In this document: piece by piece, positions 1 through 9,546 of the stretch
How positions within the stretch are numbered: position 1 is the stretch's first letter
Layout of the letters: the number at the start of each line of letters is the position of its first letter
Sequence record: SRR31156797_898
Length of the DNA stretch: 49,386 bases
Reading direction: 5' to 3' (one strand)
The notes under the pieces: generated by a model
The model's input: only the letters and a program-made list of their open reading frames with translations
What the model was told of the DNA's origin: nothing
Database searches by the model: none
Program-made: the position numbers and the translations under genes

Positions 1-30
1 CCATCTTGTACCAAGTTTCGAACATTTCAC
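1..30 (-). other. att junction: start of displaced tdh 3' segment (EMFETWYKM)
   Basis: Reverse complement gt gaa atg ttc gaa act tgg tac aag atg g = EMFETWYKM, a conserved Tdh motif; the match stops at position 30. Confidence 0.85.
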
Positions 31-87
31 AGAGATACATGTTTTTATAGCTTTAAAACAACGAGTTATAAAAAGATGTGTTTTAGA

Positions 88-105
88 TTAGGGCAGATTT
101 AGGGC
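88..105 (+). repeat. Integrase arm-type sites, TTAGGGC x2
   Basis: TTAGGGC at 88 and 99 (11-bp period); same motif x4 at the other end. Confidence 0.75.
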
Positions 106-124
106 TATTTTAAAATAGTCCAAC

Positions 125-1411
125 TTATAGAGCGGTGTACAACTTAACATCCCATCGACACTTGTTGACCACAACATTAGAGAATGAGTCAGCACTGTAA
201 ATTCTAAGTGAGTATTCATGTCCTGTGTTCAGCACCTCTACCAGTCCAATGGTAAATGGTATTGAGTCACCAGATTGGTTACGCGCAACGTACCGTGTAG
301 TTTCAGCAGCAAGTCCACCTGAAGTTTCATTCCACAATTCAATTTTGATTTTACGGTCGCCATTGGCAGTATCAAAACCAAGTTCAAGATTACCAGTTGT
401 TTCCCACATGCCAATTTGGTTTAGACTTAATCTGCTATCAACCACGTTCTGAACCACTTTGAGTGGTGTAGTCACAGCTACGGTATCAAAGTCAATCACT
501 GTAGGAACTGTGAAATCAGCAATAGCTGTAGCTAGTGTAGTTTTAACTAGACCGCCATATCCTTTGTCACCTACAGGAACTGAGATTGCTGTTTTCTCAT
601 CATTCCATACTATTACCTGACAAGGCGCTGATGTCACATTGGCAGTGATACCCCAAGGGTTTGATAAATATGTGCGTACCAGACCATCACTACGTGCACC
701 TGTCGTAGCGTTACCTGCGGTTCTTACTGCAATCGCAGTATCTAATACATCCACCTCTGCACCAGTCTCTACGTGTACATTCACACTAGAGTCGAATATA
801 TCTTTACTATGCTCAGCCCATCCAGTATATGCAGCACCTGCTACATACAACTGTACTTTGGCTTTTACGCTGGATTTAATAGTTCCATCGGTATTACGAA
901 AATCACTTGGTAATTTACTAGCACCAATCGTATACCGTTGTTGTACTACCACTTCATCTGTATTGACGAATGAACCACTAGACACCCAATCAGGTGTTAC
1001 CGGGATAATGACTTGCTTGGTTTCTGTGACTGTGCGTTTACGGTAACCTACTACTGATTTAATTCCAGAAGCTAAACCGTAAGTCAATGAAGCTGTGTTA
1101 GATGATGTAGCTTGTATTGACACAAATAAATCTAAATCTGGATTTCCGTTACGTAGTATCAATTGCCAATCGGTTGGATGGTCTAATATATCTTTCTTTG
1201 TTAGAACCTCATGACCACTTATGAATCCGCTATCTGTATAGCCTCCATTAAACTCAATTCTATCCAAATCAGACCATACACCTGATGCTAATGTCAGTGT
1301 AGGTGGAGTTCCCGCCACCCCCTGATAATAAGCTATTTCTATTTCTTCTGACTGCTCAACCGGATTTTCACCATCAAGCACATCCGACAAATCAAATATA
1401 TCTTTACCCAT
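125..1411 (-). CDS. Tail fibre / receptor-binding accessory protein
   Basis: Last late gene, follows the fibre gene; beta-rich composition. Confidence 0.55.
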   Translation of the reverse strand: MGKDIFDLSDVLDGENPVEQSEEIEIAYYQGVAGTPPTLTLASGVWSDLDRIEFNGGYTDSGFISGHEVLTKKDILDHPTDWQLILRNGNPDLDLFVSIQATSSNTASLTYGLASGIKSVVGYRKRTVTETKQVIIPVTPDWVSSGSFVNTDEVVVQQRYTIGASKLPSDFRNTDGTIKSSVKAKVQLYVAGAAYTGWAEHSKDIFDSSVNVHVETGAEVDVLDTAIAVRTAGNATTGARSDGLVRTYLSNPWGITANVTSAPCQVIVWNDEKTAISVPVGDKGYGGLVKTTLATAIADFTVPTVIDFDTVAVTTPLKVVQNVVDSRLSLNQIGMWETTGNLELGFDTANGDRKIKIELWNETSGGLAAETTRYVARNQSGDSIPFTIGLVEVLNTGHEYSLRIYSADSFSNVVVNKCRWDVKLYTAL

Positions 1412-1423
1412 TGTTTGTACTCC

Positions 1424-3532
1424 TTAATATTTGATGCCGATAATTGAAGTTACAGCAACATTAGCCCATTGAGTTCCTGAGCCACCTAGTGCATGTAAGT
1501 CACCATTAACTGCCGAATCAACCCAAAAGTTGACGTTTGCAGCCGCATCAGTTACTTGCACCTGCGATACCTGCCAACGCTTTCTACTTAGCAGTTGATT
1601 AACTTTGAGGTTTCTAGTGTATCTGTGGTTAATACCGCCAAGGTCAGCAGTGTATTCAACCTCAAGTTCATCGTATCCTGAGTAATCAGAATAACTTAAC
1701 AGTTTGGTTGCAGGTGATAGTTCAGTAAAAGAAGGAGCTACTGGTGCTAATAATAAGTTGTCAGATAACCCACGTTTAATCGTCGGTGTCTTACTCCCTG
1801 CTTCATCACGTATTTTCAGTTTTCCGTTTGTAACTTGAATTGTGACTACTTGATTACCTTTAACTACAAACTTCGCACCTTGATTGATTTCATATGCGTC
1901 ATAATCCCATTGCCAACTAGCATCTGGATCAATGACGACATTTACACTTGTATCCCCCGACCATTTTGCTAATGCTACTGCTATAGAGTCACCATCATTT
2001 AGCGATGTGTCGATTGACAGTATCTTGCTCGTGTTGTCTGTCATATCAAACACATAGTATTTACCCTTGGCTGCTACAGTGTTTGAGTTAACGTAAGTAG
2101 GTTTTGTAACACCTCCACCACCTACCGCACCCCATTCCTGAGTCTCAGGGTTAAACGCTTCATACTCATCGGTGTCAGTATTGAAACCAAAGATAGCTTT
2201 AGTAGTAGATGTTGTGTCAGGTCGTCCAGCAGTTGTCCAACGAGGTACATCAATACCACCTGTCGTACCATGAGACTTTACAATAACGGTATCAGCATCA
2301 GCTTTCGTTCCTAGCGCTGTTTGGTTATTCGCCGCCAGCGTTTCAACATCAGTGATTCGTGTCTCATGGTTATCAAGAGTTAAATCATGGCTATCAACTG
2401 TGCTTTCCAGATCTGTGACGCGAGTTCCTAGCGGATCGGTGATCTGTAAAACTTCTGTTTTTGAGTAAACATCATCGATATCGTCCGCAACAAGAACAAC
2501 ATCACCTTCTTTACCGTTGACTGAGTTCACCTTGTCGGTGTTGTCAATTTTGTACCAGAGATCATTTTGTCTGTCCCAGTACAAATTATCACTGACCTGT
2601 ACTTCGACATCAGGTTGAACTCCATCAGACATAACACCTGCAACCGATATACGATACCAGTCAGTTCTTTCTTCAGGCGTGAGTGTTGGCGTTGGAAAGT
2701 TACCTGCAGATGCATCCCATGAACCACGATCAATAACACCGCTACTTGCAGTTAATGCAGCAGCTTCTGCGCGGTCAGCATCATCGCTAGCACTAGCAGC
2801 ACTCTGAGCTGCATTTGTCTCACTTAATGCAGCCGCGGTCGCACTGTTTGAAGCGTTAAGCTCACTCTGGGCTGCATTAGTTGCGCTTGTTTGAGCTTCT
2901 GCAGCACTATCGTTTGCAGATAGTGCACTGTTAGCAGCATTGGTCTCACTTTGCGCTGCTGCTGTTGCGCTATTGGCAGCATTTAGCTCACTCTGAGCCG
3001 CATTCGTTGCGCTTGTTTGGGCGCTTGTTGCACTGTTAGCAGCATTTGTTTCACTGTTTGAAGCAGATAACGCGCTGTCATTGGCATTAGATTCACTCTG
3101 AGCAGCATTAGCCTCACTCTGTGCAGCAGCCGCTTCACTATTAGCGGCATTTAGTTCACTTTGAGCAGCTTCTGCTGCGCTGGCCGCTGCTTCCGCTGCA
3201 ATAAGTTGAAGCTGGGTAATGAGTATCGGATCTGGCTCTTCATTCGACGTAGCAATCAAAGTGATGATATCGATCGGGCTAGGAGAACCTTCACCAACGA
3301 CAACGGTACCGATATTGGTGAACGCTTGTGCACCTTTACTTTTAACGGCAAACATATGCTTACCGTGAACAAGTTGAAAGTCGTATTCACCAGCAGAGGA
3401 TAAGACAATAAGGCTATCTGAGTTCTTTGTTGTCTTGCCATAGTTTAGCTTTGAAATAATTCTAAGCTCAGCATCAGATTCAACACCTGACGATGGATCT
3501 TCAAGAATCCCTGTTACTTGGATTGATGGCAT
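1424..3532 (-). CDS. Side tail fibre protein with Ala/Ser/Asn-rich repeats
   Basis: Repeated SE(T/L/A)NAA units as in lambda Stf-like fibres; VNSVNGKEGDVVL motif; position after J. Confidence 0.85.
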   Translation of the reverse strand: MPSIQVTGILEDPSSGVESDAELRIISKLNYGKTTKNSDSLIVLSSAGEYDFQLVHGKHMFAVKSKGAQAFTNIGTVVVGEGSPSPIDIITLIATSNEEPDPILITQLQLIAAEAAASAAEAAQSELNAANSEAAAAQSEANAAQSESNANDSALSASNSETNAANSATSAQTSATNAAQSELNAANSATAAAQSETNAANSALSANDSAAEAQTSATNAAQSELNASNSATAAALSETNAAQSAASASDDADRAEAAALTASSGVIDRGSWDASAGNFPTPTLTPEERTDWYRISVAGVMSDGVQPDVEVQVSDNLYWDRQNDLWYKIDNTDKVNSVNGKEGDVVLVADDIDDVYSKTEVLQITDPLGTRVTDLESTVDSHDLTLDNHETRITDVETLAANNQTALGTKADADTVIVKSHGTTGGIDVPRWTTAGRPDTTSTTKAIFGFNTDTDEYEAFNPETQEWGAVGGGGVTKPTYVNSNTVAAKGKYYVFDMTDNTSKILSIDTSLNDGDSIAVALAKWSGDTSVNVVIDPDASWQWDYDAYEINQGAKFVVKGNQVVTIQVTNGKLKIRDEAGSKTPTIKRGLSDNLLLAPVAPSFTELSPATKLLSYSDYSGYDELEVEYTADLGGINHRYTRNLKVNQLLSRKRWQVSQVQVTDAAANVNFWVDSAVNGDLHALGGSGTQWANVAVTSIIGIKY

Positions 3533-3693
3533 TCCTTATTCTCCTCGATGCTCTGTTGTTGGCTGGTAGAGTGTTGCTCGAAAATTTTATAGAGCCTCGC
3601 TTGCATTCCAGCGATAAGCTCGTTCGTTAGCCGGTTGCCATGATTAGTTAGCAATAGCTCTGATATTTCTTGCTGTGGTGATTTAACAACCAT
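3514..3693 (-). CDS. Small hypothetical protein, 59 aa (not in ORF track)
   Basis: MVVKSPQQEISELLLTNHGNRLTNELIAGMQARLYKIF...QSK*; fills the gap between J and the fibre gene. Confidence 0.6.
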   Translation of the reverse strand: MVVKSPQQEISELLLTNHGNRLTNELIAGMQARLYKIFEQHSTSQQQSIEENKECHQSK

Positions 3694-3698
3694 AAAAG

Positions 3699-6600
3699 TT
3701 AGTCCTTAAACGCCATGACACACCCAGTAGATGCCTCTGTTCCTCCAGAACTAGTCATTACTTGAAGTGTTAACGTGTAGTTTGTGTTTGAAAATAGATT
3801 CCTAACGACATACGGAGGGGTTAGAGCTAGGGCACCAAATGCAGCGTAAATAAAGGTTATCTGGCCTACGACTGCGCCATTAACCAGAAATCTTGCATAA
3901 CCTACCTGACCTGCAACGCTTACCGGTGCAAACTGTGCAGATCGATTAAAAGGTTTATTGCCAATGTTTACACTGTATAAAGTGGTCCAGGTATTGTCAG
4001 GAATGCTAGCTATGGCCCCTACTGATATTGGATAAGCCTTTATGACATCACCCTCAATCTTTTCTGCGTATACGGTTCCTGTGAAGTTACCATCAACACC
4101 TTCAAGCGTTCCTCGGAATGTGCCATCGTTGAATTCAACGTTACCGTTTTTATCAATTTTCCAGCCGTTGATACCTTGTGTGTAATTTGTTGACTGTAAG
4201 GTATTGCTGATCTTCGCAAAATCTATCGTTGCATCACCAATAATCGCTGCATTCAAAATCGCAGTATCATTAACAGTGTCGAAGATAAATGGTGCGTGAA
4301 TTTCGCCATCAATGGTGTTCAGAAAGCCAACTGTGTCAGCCATGACAAGAAATTCAGACCGTGTTGTACCATCGGCACCAATTGACGCGCCCAATCCTAC
4401 GCCAGCTTGGACTACTTTACCGTCCTGTCTAACTTCAGTTTTAACCTGCCAATTTGCCGTTAATCCATCTTCTAGGCTATTAACGGTTGTGGTTAACTCT
4501 TCAACAGCTGCCGCAGCATCTGCTCCAGCTGTTATCTGATCTGCAAGGCTCTGAGCTAGTTCACTCTCACTAATTTGTCCTTGAAGATAGTCAAGGATTT
4601 CACTCGCGCTTTCTGACGATTTTCCATAAACGCCAGCTCCATTTGATAGCGGTTTCCATTCACCAGCTAGTCCATTCTTATCAATCAACCTAGCCCAGAA
4701 CCACATTTCAGTTCCGTACCCAAGTCCGTTTACGGTAAATGATGTGGATGGATAAGCTGCGATAGTTAGCGGATAGCTTGAAGCAAAGCTATTAGTTAAG
4801 TTAGCTCTGATTTCAATTTGACTGATGATGTTTGCAGTATCTGGAAATGACCAATCAAGCTTTATTGCCATCACCTGACCAGTAGCAGACAAAGTTTCTA
4901 GTACTGGTGGTGCACCGACAATGCCATTGAGTTGAGTTGCTTCTGAATAGGCCCATAAAGAAGGTACATCAAGAGCATTGATCGCCCTAATCCTTACTAA
5001 ATATTCCCCTGAGAAGATATCGTTTAACTGAACCGTTCTAGTTCCTGTACGAGTAACAGAAACCCAATCACCATTATCTCTACGCCATTGAACATCATAA
5101 AGAACCGCATATTCAGGCGCGTCCCAAGTTATCTCGGCATTTTGTCGAGTACTGCCTTGTTTGTAAGTGTTAAACTGCGTTATCTGGATATTTGTTGGTG
5201 CTGTTTGAGCTCTTGGAGGAACGACTGATACTGGTAGCGGATCAAGCCTTACCCCATTATCAATAGCATCAAACTTGCCCGGATGATGGAGAACACAATT
5301 AATATCGTATTGAATTCCATCGCTTTCTGATATCGATATTACGCGAGCAGGCTGTGTCAATAAATCGTCTGCATCTATTGACCAAATTAGCTGTGTTGAT
5401 GGCACTTCGCTAAAGTCTTCAGATACAATTATTCTTCTTCCTTCTACGTCAGAAACTAGCGCTGTTTCACTATTTCCGCTTGGAAGGTTGACGTTGATCG
5501 TGTCACCAATCTTAGCCGGATGGTCTCTATCCGTGACGATGTAATCAGTACCGGCTTGACTAATTCTGCCACCAATATGACGCCCAGCGCGGTTTCTATC
5601 GGCGATCTTGATAAGTGAACCTGGTTGAGGAATTACACCGTCTAAGCCAACGCTAAACGCGACTGTTCCGGTCTCCATTCTCGATGTATAGAGTAAATAC
5701 AAACCTACCCGCTGCGCCTGACCGCGAGAAGTACAGCCAAAGGCAATTACTTCCGTTTTTCTTATTCCATATCGAGCAATGCCGTCTTCGTCCTCGACAA
5801 CTTCAACTTTTGATTTGTAGAAGTTGTCTGGGTCATTCCATGACACAAGCGCAACTGTTTTACGAGACTTAATGTCTGTACCAGAATATTCAAATTTACC
5901 ATCAATAACGTTCGCATTGGTGTAGTTATAAACTGGGTCGCTAGGCATGTCAGAAACAGGAATAACCTGACTATCCGACCAATAAGCCATTCCTCGGAAT
6001 ACGCTGGATAAGTCATTTAGCACACGTAGCGCATCTTGAGCAGACTGAATATAACAGTTACATACAAATCTTGGCTCTGTTCCTCCTTGACCATCACTTA
6101 CCAATTGATCACAGTAAGCGCCTATTTGGTATAGAGAGTAACGATCTACATAATTAACATTAATATACTCACCAAGCCCATAGAGGTTATTGGTTAGCAT
6201 GTCGTAAAAAACCCAAGCTGGATTGTTGCTGTATGCGCTTTTTAGCGTTCCATCCCATACACCAGAATATGTACGAGTCTCAGGATCGTAATTCGAAGGA
6301 ACACGAATAATGCGACCTTTCCAATGATAGGCACGAGTAGGAATGCTCTGGAATTGCTCAGCATCTATTTTCAATCCAACAAGAGCAGTCATTGGATGAC
6401 GGAACTTGCCATCAATCACTTCAGCGTATGAAGAAAGGAAAATTGCATCCTGAATCGTGGTGCTAGTCGATTCGACAGTAATGCGACGAACACGGACTGT
6501 CCAAGAAGAATGACCACTTGGTAAATTGATACGATGCGTTCTTGTGTAGCCATTAACGGTCTTACCGTCGAAGCTGGCCAGAACTACATTTTCAAAAGAA

Positions 6601-7118
6601 CCACCACCACTTGATAGGTCAATTGCATAATCAACCTTGTAACCAACTCTATCACCCGCATTAGCTCCAGTGTCATAAGTTTGCAGCAGTTGAGGAACGT
6701 TAATGCTAACGCGAACCGCTGAAAGGTCAGCGCCATTTACCTGTTGAACCCATGGTGTTGAAGTCTTGATTTCAGTGCCAACTGAAATGACGCTAACGGA
6801 TGCAGGGAAACCAGAAATATGATCTTGGTTTATTGTCCCTACTCTATAATCAGACTCCACTCGCTGAAAGTTTAAAGAGCCGTCATCATTCTGAATTGGA
6901 GTACCATCAAGATAGATGTCCTTTAATGGCGCATCAGGATGAGCAGGTCCATACACTTCACCATTACTGATCACATCAAGGATAGCTGCATATGAAATAT
7001 TATGTAGGCTGTCTGGAGATTCTACAGGTGTACGAGCGCTATCTCCTGACTTTCCACCACCACCTGAACCAATGACTTTGAACCCGCCTTTTCTGGCTTC
7101 AATTTTAATATTTGCCAT
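3699..7118 (-). CDS. Tail tip / central fibre, lambda J-like host specificity protein
   Basis: 1139 aa; IRVPSNYDPETRTYSGVWDG, NNPAW and GCTSRGQA motifs; FN3-like region. Confidence 0.95.
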   Translation of the reverse strand: MANIKIEARKGGFKVIGSGGGGKSGDSARTPVESPDSLHNISYAAILDVISNGEVYGPAHPDAPLKDIYLDGTPIQNDDGSLNFQRVESDYRVGTINQDHISGFPASVSVISVGTEIKTSTPWVQQVNGADLSAVRVSINVPQLLQTYDTGANAGDRVGYKVDYAIDLSSGGGSFENVVLASFDGKTVNGYTRTHRINLPSGHSSWTVRVRRITVESTSTTIQDAIFLSSYAEVIDGKFRHPMTALVGLKIDAEQFQSIPTRAYHWKGRIIRVPSNYDPETRTYSGVWDGTLKSAYSNNPAWVFYDMLTNNLYGLGEYINVNYVDRYSLYQIGAYCDQLVSDGQGGTEPRFVCNCYIQSAQDALRVLNDLSSVFRGMAYWSDSQVIPVSDMPSDPVYNYTNANVIDGKFEYSGTDIKSRKTVALVSWNDPDNFYKSKVEVVEDEDGIARYGIRKTEVIAFGCTSRGQAQRVGLYLLYTSRMETGTVAFSVGLDGVIPQPGSLIKIADRNRAGRHIGGRISQAGTDYIVTDRDHPAKIGDTINVNLPSGNSETALVSDVEGRRIIVSEDFSEVPSTQLIWSIDADDLLTQPARVISISESDGIQYDINCVLHHPGKFDAIDNGVRLDPLPVSVVPPRAQTAPTNIQITQFNTYKQGSTRQNAEITWDAPEYAVLYDVQWRRDNGDWVSVTRTGTRTVQLNDIFSGEYLVRIRAINALDVPSLWAYSEATQLNGIVGAPPVLETLSATGQVMAIKLDWSFPDTANIISQIEIRANLTNSFASSYPLTIAAYPSTSFTVNGLGYGTEMWFWARLIDKNGLAGEWKPLSNGAGVYGKSSESASEILDYLQGQISESELAQSLADQITAGADAAAAVEELTTTVNSLEDGLTANWQVKTEVRQDGKVVQAGVGLGASIGADGTTRSEFLVMADTVGFLNTIDGEIHAPFIFDTVNDTAILNAAIIGDATIDFAKISNTLQSTNYTQGINGWKIDKNGNVEFNDGTFRGTLEGVDGNFTGTVYAEKIEGDVIKAYPISVGAIASIPDNTWTTLYSVNIGNKPFNRSAQFAPVSVAGQVGYARFLVNGAVVGQITFIYAAFGALALTPPYVVRNLFSNTNYTLTLQVMTSSGGTEASTGCVMAFKD

Positions 7119-7123
7119 AATTC

Positions 7124-7690
7124 CTACTGTTGATTTTCAGAATACATATCTCCCGACACAGTTACTGAACCAGTAATTAATTCACCGTACAGCACTGGGA
7201 TAGGGTTTCCTTGAGCAGTTACATTGACAGGGCCATTGAAGTTATATGAGGCACCATTCTCAGCAGATTCAGTACCAGTGTTTCCATCTGGAATTTTAAC
7301 CATGTATTGAACTGCGCCACCGACCGCAAGACCAATACCGGCACTAACTAGATATGGGTTAGAGGTATACGCACCAACAGCTGCGAGAACGACACCAGCA
7401 ACGACTTGAAACCCTCTTCCAGATCCGGAAATGACAGGAGCAATTCTTATTTCATGCTGACCAGCTGGAGCGTCTAAGCAGTCTTCACCTATGTTCTCTT
7501 TTCCGATAAAGACTGCATAATCAACACCATTATCGCGACTTTCCATCATCTCTTTTTTAAATCCGGGCAACATTGCTGTTAATGCTAATACTGCCTCTGC
7601 AGGAGTGTTGCAGACGAAATGATGGACACGGCCAAATTTAGCGCCAAGCCTCCCATACAAACGAATGGCACGAGGTGATTCATTGTGCAT
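7124..7690 (-). CDS. Tail assembly protein I
   Basis: IRLYGRLGAKFGR start, QGNPIPVLYGE end; gene order K-I-J. Confidence 0.92.
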   Translation of the reverse strand: MHNESPRAIRLYGRLGAKFGRVHHFVCNTPAEAVLALTAMLPGFKKEMMESRDNGVDYAVFIGKENIGEDCLDAPAGQHEIRIAPVISGSGRGFQVVAGVVLAAVGAYTSNPYLVSAGIGLAVGGAVQYMVKIPDGNTGTESAENGASYNFNGPVNVTAQGNPIPVLYGELITGSVTVSGDMYSENQQ

Positions 7691-8456
7691 CTTTATGCCT
7701 CACTATCATTCTTGTAATGTCTTGCCAGTAACCAGAATAAACCACTCTTTCTGATAATCTCGGCATAGGGTGGTGAAGTATCGCATTTGGTATTGGATGC
7801 AATTCTGATTGCGTTTTTAAGGTGTTATTTCCGATGTAAACACCGCCGTGGTTTGTTTTCCCACTTCGGTACTGCATTAGGACAACATCGCCAAACTTAG
7901 GTCCGTCATTAACTTGATAGAATCCAGCTTTTTCAAAGTTCTCTAAGTACAGTTCTGGCGCATCGTCTCTTTGCCACCAGAAGTCTTCCCGATCGAAGTC
8001 TGGTATGTCTATGTGCATTTCTCGCGAATAAAAGTCGCGGATTAGTCCATAGCAATCCAAAGAACCATGGAAGAACTCTCTCCCGACTAGCGGTGCTTCA
8101 TAACCTGTCGGCTCAAAACTGTGCCATTGCCTAACGGATGGTTCTGAATCGCCAGCATCACAGCCGACCGATACGATGTGCCAAGGAATACCTGTTTTCT
8201 CACAACTGACTTTGTCAGCTTCAGATGGGTAAGCATCACGATCGATATGTGAGTGAACAATTGAAAGAACTTGACCAACATCTTCAGCAGATGCGTAATC
8301 TTCTGCCGAGAGTCTAAAATCAAGGTTATTCTCAGCAATGTTTCTGCAAGGGATGTATTTTTGCTTGTTACCATCGGCGATGATCACGCCACAGCACTCT
8401 CTTGGATAATCGGCAATAGCATGCTTCTCGATGGCTTTTTTGATATGCGCTCTCAT
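7680..8456 (-). CDS. Tail assembly protein K (JAB + NlpC/P60)
   Basis: YPRECCG, VHSH, PSEAD, DCYGLIRDFY and NHGGVY motifs. Confidence 0.95.
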   Translation of the reverse strand: MRAHIKKAIEKHAIADYPRECCGVIIADGNKQKYIPCRNIAENNLDFRLSAEDYASAEDVGQVLSIVHSHIDRDAYPSEADKVSCEKTGIPWHIVSVGCDAGDSEPSVRQWHSFEPTGYEAPLVGREFFHGSLDCYGLIRDFYSREMHIDIPDFDREDFWWQRDDAPELYLENFEKAGFYQVNDGPKFGDVVLMQYRSGKTNHGGVYIGNNTLKTQSELHPIPNAILHHPMPRLSERVVYSGYWQDITRMIVRHKDAQ

Positions 8457-9190
8457 TAGCTCAACCTATCTGCTGATGGGAAACTTCCGTATGACAATTG
8501 CTTGTTTTCACCAAACCGTTTCTTACAGTCGGATACTCGACCGCCACATTTATCAAGGGACGGATCTGTAACAACATTCCCATCTTTATCAAAGTAATTA
8601 GAACCGGCATAGCCACACCCAGCACCGCGATAACCACCATAGCCGGCACTATCCATAACTAACCAACCGCACACATTGGCAATTACCTGTCTTCTTGGCA
8701 GCTCAACACCATCGAGTGATAGAGGCGAGGCTAATACAAACGAAATAGTTTCTGGTGTTTCTCGCTCTTTCTGGCTAACAATCCATGTTTCTACAGGGAA
8801 ATGTTCATCAGGATCAGCCGTTGGGTTAACACCTCCGAAGTTTTCCGCATCGAGATACTTCGCAAACGTTCTATGCCTGATTAACTTTGAACCTACTAGA
8901 TCATCAAAAGCGAGACACAGGGCGGTAATGACTCCAGTTATTTTATTTCCGGCACCATCTTCACCAATATTGCCGACTGTGAGTGATGGGTTTGGTTGTT
9001 GTGCGTCACCGGTTCTTTCAAATCCTGATGCCTCTATAGCCCAAGGATAAAAAGCGTTGCCTTGCCAGTAGATAATTGAATGATCGTAGTTATGGAAGCG
9101 CTGAACATCACCACCTAGCTCAGATGTATCTAACTCATACAGAGTGACTAAGTTACCTGGCGTTAATTTTTGAACGTCTTCTAAGATCAT
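8456..9190 (-). CDS. Minor tail protein L
   Basis: C-terminal Cys cluster (C..YRGAGCGY..DKCGGRVSDCKKRFG..YGSFP). Confidence 0.93.
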   Translation of the reverse strand: MILEDVQKLTPGNLVTLYELDTSELGGDVQRFHNYDHSIIYWQGNAFYPWAIEASGFERTGDAQQPNPSLTVGNIGEDGAGNKITGVITALCLAFDDLVGSKLIRHRTFAKYLDAENFGGVNPTADPDEHFPVETWIVSQKERETPETISFVLASPLSLDGVELPRRQVIANVCGWLVMDSAGYGGYRGAGCGYAGSNYFDKDGNVVTDPSLDKCGGRVSDCKKRFGENKQLSYGSFPSADRLS

Positions 9191-9540
9191 GGGTTAAACC
9201 TCTGTTCAAATGCGCAAGATAGCGACCAAAGACCAGCGTCTTTTCCATGTGTGATGTTATTTTTACTGTATCCATTACAGACCCAGAGCAACATTTCATC
9301 GCCGTAATCTTTTGGTGACCAATAGAAAGGTACATATCCTTTATGCTCATCAATAAAATCCATGATGGCTTTTATCTTTTCAAAGCTGCCCTTGAACTGA
9401 AGAGAGTATGAGTCTGACTTGGTGTTAATTCCGTCACCAACTTCTTGCGCGTAACCATCACCGAACTGGGCTGACAAAGTGCGAAAAGAAGAAGACCCCG
9501 AGAACTCAATCAACGGGGCCCATTCAAATACCTGTGGCAT
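9187..9540 (-). CDS. Minor tail protein M (distal tail)
   Basis: AQFGDGYAQ..DGIN motif, FEQRF end. Confidence 0.92.
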   Translation of the reverse strand: MPQVFEWAPLIEFSGSSSFRTLSAQFGDGYAQEVGDGINTKSDSYSLQFKGSFEKIKAIMDFIDEHKGYVPFYWSPKDYGDEMLLWVCNGYSKNNITHGKDAGLWSLSCAFEQRFNP

Positions 9541-9546
9541 AATTCC

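Noticed and set aside
1-13. CCATCTTGTACCA as a tRNA 3' end att core
   Set aside because: The opposite strand translates as a Tdh motif consistent with the other window end; no T-arm evidence
88-105. TTAGGG telomere-like repeats
   Set aside because: Coincidental; 10-12 bp spacing at both prophage ends fits integrase arm sites
125-3532. Diversity-generating retroelement or invertible fibre cassette
   Set aside because: No reverse transcriptase, invertase or TR/VR-like duplicate seen
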